DNA of 64,000 nucleotides from an uncultured Phycisphaerales bacterium (lineage in GTDB: Bacteria > Planctomycetota > Phycisphaerae > Sedimentisphaerales > Anaerobacaceae): the NCBI GenBank assembly GCA_963772725.1, contig CAVYYI010000003.1:384001-448000 (forward strand), in the 5' to 3' direction. The translations under genes were made by a program, and so were the position numbers. The notes under the pieces were generated by a model, which saw only the letters and a program-made list of their open reading frames with translations, searched no databases and was not told the origin of the DNA. Of the stretch, positions 20,542-31,259 are shown in pieces (within the stretch, counting starts at the first letter, position 1; each line of letters starts with the position of its first letter).

Positions 20542-21622
20542 TTGACTGCGGGCGCGTTTATTCTTTCGGGCCTGCTCACCGCCATTATCAGGCCTCTGGC
20601 CATCCGCGCCGGTTTCGTCGCCCGGCCCTCGAAAGACAGGTACCACCAGACCGTTATCCCGCTGGGAGGCGGCATCGCGATTTACACCGTTATCGCCTTG
20701 GCGATATCAGCATCTATGATAATTGTGAATTTTCTCCTTGCTCCGGGGCATCTGAAAATTTTCGGAGAATCCGCAAATGAATATATCACAGGCTTTATGC
20801 GCAAAAGCAATCAGCTTACGGTCATTCTGTTTTGCGTTTCCATATTATTTCTCCTGGGGCTTATTGACGACAAAAAACATCTCGGCCCATTCATAAAGCT
20901 TGTTATGCAATTTGCTGTCGCTATAATCGCGGCTCTTTTCGCCGATATCCGTTTCGGATTTTTTATCCATAACCAAATCGTTACTTCGCTGATGTCAGCG
21001 GTCTGGATAGTTTTACTCATCAACGTATTTAACTTCCTCGATAATATGGACGGCGCCTCGGCGGGTATAGCCGCCATTGTTAGCGCCTGATTTGTTCGTC
21101 GCCGCTGCCGTAAGCGGACAGGTCTTTGTCGGCGGTCTTGCCTTACTCCTTGTCGGAACGCTCCTGGGATTTCTGGTCTTCAACTTTCCCCCCGCGAAAA
21201 TCTTTATGGGCGACGCAGGCTCACTTGTCATAGGTTTTTTTGTGGCCTTACTTACAATTCGCACCACTTATTATCACGAGGCGCAAAGCGGACAGTGGTA
21301 TCCGGTTGTTATGCCGCTGGTTGTCCTGGCAGTCCCGCTGTATGATTTTATCAGCGTTACTTTCCTGCGAATAAGCCAGGGCAAAAGCCCCTTTGTCGGC
21401 GACACACAGCATTTTTCCCATCGGCTAAAAAGAAGAGGATTTAGCGACACACAGACCGTTCTTACCCTGTACCTTGCAACTTTATGTACCGGATGCGGCG
21501 CGACTTTCCTTTACCAGGTTGACCTCTCGGGCACCTGGTTAATCTTTATTCAGACTTTTATGATAGTGGCGATTATCGCCGTTTTCGAATCGACCGCTAA
21601 AAATGATGAAAACGCAAATTAG
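20542..21622 (+). CDS. MraY/WecA-family UDP-GlcNAc:undecaprenyl-phosphate GlcNAc-1-P transferase (frameshift near 21088; start uncertain)
   Basis: PLGGGIAI, LGLIDDK, NVFNFLDNMDG, FNFPPAKIFMGDAGS, GDTQHFSHRL. Confidence 0.9.
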
Positions 21623-23684
21623 CACCCAGTTAAGAAAAATCGAAGGCCGGACAATAGTCGAATACGTCATGCTTGGTTTTATTCTCTGCATAATAATTCT
21701 TCGCTGCGTATCTTCCGAAGGCATCAATCTGCAGACGCCCAATCAGCCGCTAAATCTCGGCAATATTTTATATAGTTTATCAATATCAACAATTCTGATT
21801 TTTTTGTTTCTCGTCTGGCTCGTGTGGAATTTCTGCAAGTCACAGACTCTTTATCGTTACTCCTCGATGGAAATCGGTGCGGGGCTGTTTATAATGGCCG
21901 CACTCGCCTCAATTTATACCGCCTGCGATAAACGAGTCGCTATAACTGATTTTACGATAATGCTTGCCCCAATCCTTATAGGGATAATCCTCACTCAAAT
22001 ACTCAATTCATACCTCAAGATTAAAATTTTTCTTTATACACTTGCCTCGCTCGGCGCCCTCGCGGCACTTTATTCATTCGTTCAGTTCTTCTGGATAAAC
22101 GATATTATGCTCGAACAGTACCGCGCCGACCCAAATATAATGCTCTCCGATCTGAATATCGCTCGCGGCTCATTACAGCAAATGCTTCTTGAGCATAGTC
22201 TCTATTCGCGAGATGTCCGGAGTTTCTTTACAACTGGCAACTCAGCCGGCTCATTTTACCTGCTGACCTTTTTTACCGCCCTCGCGTTATTAATTGAAAA
22301 CATCAATGCTAAAAAACCAACCACGCACAGACGCGTCGCAATTATCTTCTCAGTCTTATTTACTCTGATAATCGTTGCGGGCCTGCTTGTCACCCGCAGC
22401 AAAGGCGCCATCGCCGCAACGTTAATAGCCGCGATACTGTTTGCTATGATTCTACTATTTGGCCGCTGGTTAAATGCCCACAAAAAAACCGTTCTGCTTA
22501 TATGTCTCTTGGCGGTTATTATTGCGATTTATTTTATCATTTCTTATGGCCTGGCGCACGGCCGGTTGCCCGGCGGCAATTCCATGCTCGTAAGATGGCA
22601 ATACTGGCATGCCTCTGCCCAAATGTACGCTGACCATCCTTTTACCGGCGTAGGCCCCGGCAATTTCACCTATTTTTATTCCCATTATAAACCGCCCGCC
22701 GGTATTGAAACGGTCGCCAATCCACATAATTTCATCCTCTCGCTGCTTACGCAATATGGCCCCCTCGGCCTTGTTGGATTTCTCGCCGCTATCTTTATGC
22801 CGCTCAGTGCGATGGTTTTCAGTAATACAGCTTCAGTATCAAAAAATGTTACTCGCACAGCTCTATTTGTCGCGGTTCTCGGATTTTTGATTCATAATTG
22901 TATCGATTTCGCTATTTTCGAGCCTCCTGTTTTGACTGTTTTCTGGGTGATAACGGCCTGTCTGACTGCTATGCATTTAACTGAAAGAAATCAAACTGCG
23001 GCTGTCACAAAAACTCCACTATTAATAAAAATACTGATAGCGGCGGGAGCAATGGTGATAATGTGGTTATGCTCTTATTATATTCTGACCCCAGTCACTA
23101 AAACCACCGACAAAATCATTGAGGCGCATCAAGCCGCCTCTTATGGCCAATTCACTCTGGCGCACGACCTTTTAACTGAGGCCGCAAAAGATGACCTACT
23201 CGATGAGGCGCCTGCCGCTCTTAATGCGAGATTTTATTATGCAGAGTTTCAGATAGCCGGTGCGAAAAATCAAAAACCGCTTATCTCCGCCCGCGATTGT
23301 TTGCTTGAAGCAATAAGAAGAAATGATGCTGATTACAAAAATTTCGACAATTTGTCAGATGTCTATATTGGCCTTGCGAAAATAAACCTCAGTGAGGATT
23401 TTTTGAAAAAGGCCGCCGATGCCCTATGTGAAGCGATAAAGCGTTATCCCGCATCCGATAGGCTGCACTTTCAACTGGCACAGCTTGCCGAGCAGTTGGT
23501 CGAAAAAGAAACAGCACTTAGGGAATACAAAACAGCGGTCAGTATCGAGGATGCTTATCAGGAACAGTTCAAAACGATGTATCCGGGCCAGCGGGTTTTC
23601 AGCCGTCTCGGCGAGGAGCAATATCAAACCGCCAAACAGAAAATAAAAGAATTGTCCGAATCCTTATCTCCTGCCGCAAAATAG
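21603..23684 (+). CDS. O-antigen ligase-family (Wzy_C) membrane protein with C-terminal TPR-like region
   Basis: TRSKGA, R..YW.....M.ADHPFTGVGPGNF, PHNFIL..L..YGPLG, HNCIDF. Confidence 0.87.
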   Translation: MMKTQISTQLRKIEGRTIVEYVMLGFILCIIILRCVSSEGINLQTPNQPLNLGNILYSLSISTILIFLFLVWLVWNFCKSQTLYRYSSMEIGAGLFIMAALASIYTACDKRVAITDFTIMLAPILIGIILTQILNSYLKIKIFLYTLASLGALAALYSFVQFFWINDIMLEQYRADPNIMLSDLNIARGSLQQMLLEHSLYSRDVRSFFTTGNSAGSFYLLTFFTALALLIENINAKKPTTHRRVAIIFSVLFTLIIVAGLLVTRSKGAIAATLIAAILFAMILLFGRWLNAHKKTVLLICLLAVIIAIYFIISYGLAHGRLPGGNSMLVRWQYWHASAQMYADHPFTGVGPGNFTYFYSHYKPPAGIETVANPHNFILSLLTQYGPLGLVGFLAAIFMPLSAMVFSNTASVSKNVTRTALFVAVLGFLIHNCIDFAIFEPPVLTVFWVITACLTAMHLTERNQTAAVTKTPLLIKILIAAGAMVIMWLCSYYILTPVTKTTDKIIEAHQAASYGQFTLAHDLLTEAAKDDLLDEAPAALNARFYYAEFQIAGAKNQKPLISARDCLLEAIRRNDADYKNFDNLSDVYIGLAKINLSEDFLKKAADALCEAIKRYPASDRLHFQLAQLAEQLVEKETALREYKTAVSIEDAYQEQFKTMYPGQRVFSRLGEEQYQTAKQKIKELSESLSPAAK

Positions 23685-23692
23685 CTTTAAGA

Positions 23693-24437
23693 TTATCCGA
23701 TTTTGGCGATTATCTCGTCGGGGATATCGAAATTAGCATAGACGTTTTGAATATCCTCATGGTCGTCACATTCTTCCATCAGGCCAAGTATTTTTCTCGC
23801 CGTTTCGGTATCGGTTACAGGCACCGTATTCTGCGGAACCATGGAAATTTCACTTATCTGAATGGGAATATTCTTTTCCTTAAGCGCGTTTTTGAGTTTT
23901 TCATAAGCCGCCGGGTGGCATGTTATCTCGAAAACGCTGCCGGTATTTTTCATATCATCGGCGCCTGCCGAAAGAGCGATTTCCATAAGGTCATCCTCGT
24001 TCACATCGCCGATATTTACCGTAATCAGGCCTTTTTTGGAAAACATCCAGTTTACGCAGCCGCTTGTACCAAGCCCCACCGTGACCCTCAAAAATCTTCC
24101 TTATCTCCGGGCCCATCCGGTGACGGTTGTCGGTCAGCACTTCAACCATTATAGCTACCCCGCCCGGAGCGTAACCCTCGTAAACGATTTCCTCGTAACT
24201 TACGCCGCCGAGTTCGCCTGTACCCTTTTTTATGGCCTTTTCAATAGTGTCTTTAGGCATATTGGCCGCTTTGGCCTTATCGATGGCGTAGCGAAGCGAA
24301 AGATTTTGCGAAGGATCGCCGCCCGATTTAGCGGCCATAATAATTAAACGAGCCAGTTTGCTCCATACCTTGCCGCGTTTTGCGTCGTTGGCGGCCTTTT
24401 TATGTTTTATACCTGCCCAATGCGAATGACCTGACAT
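23693..24437 (-). CDS. yebC: YebC/PmpR-family protein (frameshift near 24075)
   Basis: [52 protein letters not shown]. Confidence 0.95.
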
Positions 24438-24552
24438 ATTTTCTCCAGACGAATTAATTTTCCAAATATCAATTACTCGTTGCCATATTATATACTATTT
24501 TCGTCTTTGCAAACAGGTCATTTTTAAAAAAAGCGGCTTTGAAATATTTGGC

Positions 24553-25483
24553 TTAAACGGCAGGCTGAATAACTTCCTGTGCTAACACATCGAAATCTGG
24601 TCCCAACTGCCGCAGAAAATATAAAGAATACGCCCTTTGGAATATCAGTATCGGCAGCAGTAAAACGGTGCCGATGTATGGAATGACCAAAATACAAGCC
24701 GCGCAGCAGCATGTTAATACAACGGCTGAAAGTATGATTACTCCTGTCGCCATCCCTATAATAATCTGAAAAAGAACGTACAATATGAAGGGGCCTTTAT
24801 AAAGCGACAGTATCATAAGCAATTCGCGCCAGCCGTCAATACAGTTGTACGAACGAAGATACATAATCGGCACCACAAAATCCCTTGTGAATTTAAAAAA
24901 AATCGTAACGAGAATTAAAAGAGGTATCAAAAGAACGATAACTCCAACCACAATCAAAATAATAGGCAGATACATCTGCATTAGTTTTGATATATGGAAT
25001 CAGAAGCAGCGCTATTACCACACCGAATAATACCAGAAAAAATATAACAATGACCCCTGCTGCAAGGCGGAACAAAAACAAACTGTTGCCCTGCTCGCGG
25101 AATCTATACCAAGGAACTTTCACTTCAGCTTTATTTTTTGCGACGCAGTGAAGAAACATAAACTGTCCACGGCTGCTCAGCCACAGACATACAATAAAAA
25201 GAACCAGACCAACTACGATCCCTATCGAAATCAGAATTATTATCAGAGGCATAGCACTGAGAAAAAAATGTTCTATATGCTGCGGCGAATAATCCCCATG
25301 GCGACTTTGGCCCGGAAAGCCATGGAAATTAAATCCTCCCTGGCTAAGATATGCCAGCCACGCGCAGAAACCGATGATGAACCATTTGCCAAGGTCAAAA
25401 GGCCTGAAGAGTATCTCCATCATCTTTTCTATCGCCGGAGAGATGGGTTCTATCACGCTTAATTTTATCTGTTCAGCCACCAT
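24553..25483 (-). CDS. Conserved hypothetical membrane protein (frameshift near 24985)
   Basis: LFRPFDLGKWFIIGFCAWLA N-terminal part and DFVVPIMY...TCCC...IPYIGTVLLLP...RAYSLYFL C-terminal part. Confidence 0.75.
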
Positions 25484-25526
25484 AATAACCTCCCATTTTT
25501 ATTCAGTTTTATAAAACCTCGCGAAA

Positions 25527-25807
25527 CTAACTCTGCTCTGGTTTTGAGCCTTGCTGCCCTTTAAGCTGTCGAAGCTCTTTAAGTACAGGCCAGTCTCCGA
25601 ACGCCAGCACAAAAAATATAATAATGTTCGCTATCGGCACAAGCACCAACAATCCCCACGCCCAGCCATACCCTGTCTTGGAGAATATTTTGCAAGTTAT
25701 CAGTACGTTTAAAGCGAGCACTACAAGGACAACAAACGCAATCGCCAGACCAAAAAAAATGCAGAAAACTGAAACCCGTTACACATCGAATCCGAATAAC
25801 AATGCAT
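25527..25807 (-). CDS. Small membrane protein (DUF805/DUF5684-like; frameshift in T8 run near 25755)
   Basis: CKIFSKTGYGWAWGLLVLVPIANII...AFGDWP; adding one T links it to ATG 25807, which has a GGGAAGGG RBS. Confidence 0.65.
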
Positions 25808-25897
25808 ATTTTTTCCCTTCCCAAAAAAACTGTCAAACTCAAATTATATGAGATGATTTATTTTATACCACAAATCCGGATTGTTGTGAAGCAAATT

Positions 25898-27130
25898 TTA
25901 TTTTACTTCGAGAACGGAATTGAAGCCGCCGAAAGGATTGGGTTCGGTTGATTCGTTATAGGGGTCCTGCTGCCACTGGTTATCAACGACAAGGCGGTAG
26001 CGGTATCTGCCCTTTGGAAGGTTAATTTTGGTTTGCCACATCCCCGTGCCGTCAATTTTTTCCATAGGCGTTTTTGAGGGATCCCAGTTGTTAAAGTCGC
26101 CGGCGACCTGCACGCTCGTTGCACGCGGGTACAGCGTTACAAATGCGACAGCGTCGTTTATCTGGTTGACACCATAATAATCCGAAAGCCTGGCGTCCGT
26201 ATCACGAGATTTTTTCTGTTCCTGTTTGGAAGTTTCCGAAACAGCGGCGGCAGGTTTGACGACAGGCGCAGGTTTTGCCGTCTGCAGCAGTTCATCAGCC
26301 GATGCGCTGATTGACGCGAGCTGGTCCGCTAGTGAATTTACAAGTTCGTGCCTGAGTTGTTTGCTTCCCGAGCTGGCAATCTCTTCGGCGAGCCTGCGAA
26401 AATCTACCCGCCCCTTGCTCGCTGGGTCGTATTCACTGATTGGCTGACCAAAACTCAACGCTTCCTTTATTTTCGTGTTGAAGTTCACAATAGTCGTGAA
26501 CATCTTGTCCGCGAAGTGTGCCCGCAGCTCCGCGAGAATTTCACGGGCCATTTTTGTCCGTATGTCGTACATGCTCGCCAAAACCTTTACATTCACACTC
26601 TGATTAAACTTTTCGCAGAGGATATTTATTGTTTCAAGCTGTTTGCTCAGCCCGTGCAGCGAAAAATAACCCGTTTCAACCGGCACAACAACATCTGTGG
26701 CGGCACGTAAAGCGTTGAATGTAAGCAATCCCACCGCAGGCGGACAATCTATCACAACATAGTCGAAATCTTTTTTTATCTCATTAAGCACGTGCTTTAA
26801 ACAGTTTTCACGCTCGGAAATTCCTGACATCTGCTGGTCGAAGGCCGCCAAATCGATACTTGATGGAGCGAGCTCCAGCCTGTCGCTGATTTGCCATAGT
26901 ACCTCGGTGAGCTTTATAGGCTCATTCCTGCTCTTACTGATAAGCACGTCGTAAATGCTCTGCTCAATCTGCTCTTCCGGCACCGCCAGACCAACCGCGC
27001 AATGCGACTGCGGATCCATATCAACAAGCAGCGTTTTATGTCCAAGCTCCGCCAAAGCACTGGCAAGATTTATCGATACCGTCGTTTTACCGCAACCGCC
27101 TTTTTGATTAACAACCGCTATAATTTTCAT
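25898..27130 (-). CDS. ParA/Soj-family ATPase fused to a C-terminal CBM48 (AMPK-beta-type glycogen-binding) domain
   Basis: NQKGGCGKTT, DMDPQ, IDCPP; Pro/Ala linker; SVQVAGDFNNW...W...LPKGRYRYRLVVDNQWQQDPYN...NPFGGFNSV. Confidence 0.9.
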   Translation of the reverse strand: MKIIAVVNQKGGCGKTTVSINLASALAELGHKTLLVDMDPQSHCAVGLAVPEEQIEQSIYDVLISKSRNEPIKLTEVLWQISDRLELAPSSIDLAAFDQQMSGISERENCLKHVLNEIKKDFDYVVIDCPPAVGLLTFNALRAATDVVVPVETGYFSLHGLSKQLETINILCEKFNQSVNVKVLASMYDIRTKMAREILAELRAHFADKMFTTIVNFNTKIKEALSFGQPISEYDPASKGRVDFRRLAEEIASSGSKQLRHELVNSLADQLASISASADELLQTAKPAPVVKPAAAVSETSKQEQKKSRDTDARLSDYYGVNQINDAVAFVTLYPRATSVQVAGDFNNWDPSKTPMEKIDGTGMWQTKINLPKGRYRYRLVVDNQWQQDPYNESTEPNPFGGFNSVLEVK

Positions 27131-27414
27131 TTTTATTTCCCGCTCCGAAATCAGCAGGCTATACCCCTGATTTTATTAAAAAAACGCCCTTTCAATACTG
27201 AAAACACAGTACAACTTATTCTTTTAATCGGCGGTTAGATTCAGAAAACTTTACCTTTTATTGGACGGCCCGATAAAAAAATGCGTTGACAGTATTAATA
27301 CAGCGACAGACTTGAAATAAAAGCAGCGGTGAAAAAACAAGGGGGCAGAAATGTTAAAATAGGGAAAATCAAAATATGGAGAGAATATAGAAGATAGGAC
27401 TTGACAGAAAAAAT

Positions 27415-29286
27415 TTAATCGGTCTCCGGCAGAGTGCTGAGATTCTTTTTTGCCTGTTCGCAAAAAATACTGTTGGGATATTCACTGATAAAACTTGTCA
27501 GAGTTGTTTTGGCATCGGCAAGATACTTTTTCTTCATCTCGATGTTTGAACCATCCTGATGATGCCAAAGAGAAATTTTTAAAAGAGCCAGCTCGTGAAG
27601 TGAGAGCATTCCACCATCGGTCTTTTTAAATTTTTTATAAAGCTGACTGAGATTTTCCGCCCGAAGCTGGTCGTCGGCGATGTTTTTTGTTTGCGCCAGC
27701 AGGACATTATCCCGCAGTGGGTCGTCCGCCGGCATTTGCCACAATAAATCCTCAAGCTCTTTTGAATAATTTAAGCCGTGGGGATTGAGCATAACGAATT
27801 TAGACAGTCTTTCCTTTGAAGCTTTGTCGCCAGCGAGATTTTCTCTGCATATAAGAATACTGGATTGATTTAATCTTTGCTGCAGCTCTATAAGCTTGGA
27901 CTGTGTCATAACCGAATCCGCCGGCGGACGAAAAGGACTGAGAAATGTGTCAGTTTTAGGTTTGCTTTTTTCCAGGCTATTCAATTGGGCCATGACCATT
28001 GTCTTGGCTTCTTCGAGAATTTTTTCGGCGTCACCGAATCTGCCGAGACCGGCCCAGTATTGCGCAATGCGCCATCTCGCCTCAAGAGATTCGGGGCTTT
28101 GGCCAAACCAAGTGTACAATTTGTACCATATTCCGCTTGACCTCGTGTAAGGGTAATCACTGTAGAAATAAAGTATTTCCTTTTGTCCGACCAGTTTTAT
28201 GTCAGGACTGTATTCACTGAGGAGCCCTTTGCAATAGAGGGCTATCGGCATTCGCGGACTTTGAGGTCTGCGGTCAATGAACGAATCATACTGCTTGAAA
28301 AGCCATTGCCGCTTTTCCTGGTAGGCAAGTTCCGGCGGTACAATAAACCAGTTAGGCCAGCGGTCGGCGCTTAATTTTTCCTGTATTTCGTTCTTTAACG
28401 CCGCACGAAGCGGTATCGGCTCTGTCGGATAAGAGAAAAAGCTGGCTAAATACTTCAAAACATTCGGGTCGGATATTGTATTGTCTATCGCCTCGGTAAT
28501 ACTGTGTTCCTGGAATTCGCTTACCTGTTCAGGGGCGTTATTGGCCACATAAAGCTGATATTCTAATTCGCCAAATCCTACTTCAGCGGTGAAGACTCCA
28601 AACGCCGTCAGGAACATCGCAAGGGTTACCGCCCAGACTATTCCGGGACGGTATCTAACATAATGTCCGATGCCAAGCACCATAGCGGCTATCGCCACGC
28701 TAATCAGCCACGCGGTAATCCATGGTGTAAAAGAAAACCCCCACTTAAGCGGTTCTATCCCGCGAGGGCTGCCGAAATAACCCCAGTACAAAAGCTGTGG
28801 AGCGGTGCATAAAACAATAGCTATAAACCGTGAGCGAAAACGAAGAGGCCTGCACGCCACCGCGATGCAGCTAATCAAAAGACTTACAGCCAGTCCCGGT
28901 AGATTCGCTACACACAGCACCGCAAGTATAAACGGCAGGCTGTAGCTGAAGCTCATAAGCTGCGATATCAGCAGCGGGGAAATAGCCAATATGCCCATAA
29001 GCAGACCTAAAACGAGAATCTGCCACGGGTATTCAAAAATACTTGCGCCCGTTATTACTACCTGCCCTAAACGCCACGAGTCAGGCGACATTAATGACTG
29101 CAGATTACATGACAAGGGTGAACCCGTCAGTATTTTTGACCAGAAAACGCAGGCAGCGCCGAACACTAAAAGCGCCAGCAGCCAGCAGGACTGCACATTC
29201 TCGTGGCTGTAGTGCAGCGTTGGCCCGGCAGTCATAAAAGACTTCGAGGCTGGTTTTAGCTTAGGCTCTGTCTGATTGTTATCCAT
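27415..29286 (-). CDS. Hypothetical protein: N-terminal multi-TM domain plus helical/TPR-like soluble domain
   Basis: 623-aa ORF; about 7 TM segments in the first 240 aa; BamD-like tail FISEYPNSIFCEQAK. Confidence 0.75.
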   Translation of the reverse strand: MDNNQTEPKLKPASKSFMTAGPTLHYSHENVQSCWLLALLVFGAACVFWSKILTGSPLSCNLQSLMSPDSWRLGQVVITGASIFEYPWQILVLGLLMGILAISPLLISQLMSFSYSLPFILAVLCVANLPGLAVSLLISCIAVACRPLRFRSRFIAIVLCTAPQLLYWGYFGSPRGIEPLKWGFSFTPWITAWLISVAIAAMVLGIGHYVRYRPGIVWAVTLAMFLTAFGVFTAEVGFGELEYQLYVANNAPEQVSEFQEHSITEAIDNTISDPNVLKYLASFFSYPTEPIPLRAALKNEIQEKLSADRWPNWFIVPPELAYQEKRQWLFKQYDSFIDRRPQSPRMPIALYCKGLLSEYSPDIKLVGQKEILYFYSDYPYTRSSGIWYKLYTWFGQSPESLEARWRIAQYWAGLGRFGDAEKILEEAKTMVMAQLNSLEKSKPKTDTFLSPFRPPADSVMTQSKLIELQQRLNQSSILICRENLAGDKASKERLSKFVMLNPHGLNYSKELEDLLWQMPADDPLRDNVLLAQTKNIADDQLRAENLSQLYKKFKKTDGGMLSLHELALLKISLWHHQDGSNIEMKKKYLADAKTTLTSFISEYPNSIFCEQAKKNLSTLPETD

Positions 29287-29492
29287 AACTTTTTTAATAT
29301 ATCCAATCGTTTTAACAACTTGAGATGTTTTACGATGTAAAGATTACCCTTCTATTTCTTTGGAAATGCAGTATATCACAAAACTGTCCGTTATGACAGG
29401 GGGTAATGAAAAAAAATTGCTAAATAAATAAAAATTTTCGTCCTATAAAACAGGCTCAAAACTGGTTATTTTAAGATATCATATTTGCGGAA

Positions 29493-31130
29493 TTATTGAT
29501 AATAAGTCGGATTTGTTTCAAGCCAGCCTGCGGCAAAGATGGCAAAGTCCCCGAAGTCAACCTCTCCGTCATTATTTAAATCAGCCTCAAGATTAGGCCC
29601 CGACAATCGCCATTGCATAGCAAATATCGCCATATCGAAGTTATCAACAACATAATCCAGGGGCTCAAAATCGCCGACTATCGGAGCAATAAGCTCAAAA
29701 ACAAAAGCATAATTTCTGGATTTGTTCGTTGTATTCTGAAGGTTAATCTCATAAACACCGTCGGCAGGCAGCGTCAAATCAATCTTCTTAAGGTTATTCA
29801 AGGTGTTTGTTTCAGTGTATATAACCGCCTGGCTGGAATCTTTGACCGTTACCTTGATATTAAATTTGGGGGCTGTTTCCTCCGTATATACCGGATTTAT
29901 CACACCACTTTTCGTAATCTGGCGATTCCATGTTACTGTAACAATCAACCTGTCATTCTTTTTGCCGGTGATATAATAAGAATGCTGCTTATTACTACCC
30001 ATATCAGCGTAATATGCCCAGCCTTTTCGCGAGGCGGTGGTAACATTTCTCGCGACAGGAGGCTGACTTAACGTCTGATACGCCCGCAAGGCATCGACCC
30101 TGCCGTAACCACGGTCAGCGTTCCACGTGTTATTGGAATCCGCAGGATTAGTCGCACCACCATTTTTTTTATAAATGTTTGGAAAAGCAGAATTAACAAT
30201 CACAGCCCTTACAACTTCATTGTGCCCGTCATTTGTTTCCGCTGTTTTATTTGCCAGACCTATTAATAAGGCCGCTGCACCCGCGGTATGAGGCGTTGAG
30301 AAACTCGTCGCACCATCAGCAGCCGTCCACTCGTACCAGCTTGTATTGCTACCCGCCGTCGGCATTGTCTGATATTGCGAGGGAGCGACGACGTCCGGTT
30401 TTTTCCTGTTGTCCGAGGTTGGCCCGCTGCCGCTGGTGTAGCCCACCTTCAGATACACATCAGGCTCAGTAACAATGAGTCCGCCGGTAGTTAGGCCGTT
30501 ATAAGCGTCCCCGAAAACATCTAAGTGCGTATTGCTGTTGCCCGCCGGATTGGCAAACACAACATCATACTGATATGCGTAATAATCGTATATTTTGGTC
30601 CAGACGAGGCTGCCGTTCGGGTCAACGCCCTGTAGCCCTATGCCCGAAAAAATAACCCTGCAGTTGTGGCTTGTTATTAGTGAATCCAGGGCATTGGATA
30701 TATAGCTCGTGTAAATATTGCTGCTGTTATCAACCACCCTCGCGCTGTAAATATCGGCCCCCGGCGCAACTCCAATGTCATAAGGATGGGAAATCCCGCC
30801 TCTGCTTACAGCTACTCCCGCAACCCAGGTATCATGGGCTATTACACTGACCCCTGAACCGGAAAAATCATAATTATACGCGTGAGATACACCATTGGCG
30901 TCTTTAAAAGCCTCATGGGTTGTCAATACGTTGCCTGCGGATAAAAGGCCGATATTGACTCCGGCGCCCGTTTCCCCGAGTTGATGCACAGCTTGGCAGT
31001 TCGAACCGTTAGGTCCTATCGATTGTGCCAAGGCATAAACTCTCTGAACCGGCAAATACCAAGAGAATACTACTATGGCAACAGCAATTATCGCTGATTT
31101 GCCCACTTTTCTCAAAACCCAGTCCTCCAA
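29493..31130 (-). CDS. Secreted S8 (subtilisin-like) peptidase with C-terminal dockerin-like repeats
   Basis: Signal peptide, GETGAGV, HDTWVAG, NPAGN, KPDVVAP, GATSFSTPHTAGAAALL, GYGRVDA, ADLNNDGEVDFGDF. Confidence 0.85.
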   Translation of the reverse strand: MEDWVLRKVGKSAIIAVAIVVFSWYLPVQRVYALAQSIGPNGSNCQAVHQLGETGAGVNIGLLSAGNVLTTHEAFKDANGVSHAYNYDFSGSGVSVIAHDTWVAGVAVSRGGISHPYDIGVAPGADIYSARVVDNSSNIYTSYISNALDSLITSHNCRVIFSGIGLQGVDPNGSLVWTKIYDYYAYQYDVVFANPAGNSNTHLDVFGDAYNGLTTGGLIVTEPDVYLKVGYTSGSGPTSDNRKKPDVVAPSQYQTMPTAGSNTSWYEWTAADGATSFSTPHTAGAAALLIGLANKTAETNDGHNEVVRAVIVNSAFPNIYKKNGGATNPADSNNTWNADRGYGRVDALRAYQTLSQPPVARNVTTASRKGWAYYADMGSNKQHSYYITGKKNDRLIVTVTWNRQITKSGVINPVYTEETAPKFNIKVTVKDSSQAVIYTETNTLNNLKKIDLTLPADGVYEINLQNTTNKSRNYAFVFELIAPIVGDFEPLDYVVDNFDMAIFAMQWRLSGPNLEADLNNDGEVDFGDFAIFAAGWLETNPTYYQ

Positions 31131-31259
31131 ATTTACAATAAAAACATTATATCAAAAAAACGCTGAATTTTTTAAAAAAAATTACAGAACAGTGGATTTC
31201 TTTTTTCAGATAAGGTAAGATTAACTGATGGAATTGTGAAATAATGAAAGGGGGATATT

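Noticed and set aside
21088..21090. Selenocysteine or TGA readthrough in the wecA-like gene
   Set aside because: The conserved downstream sequence continues in a different frame, so this is an indel
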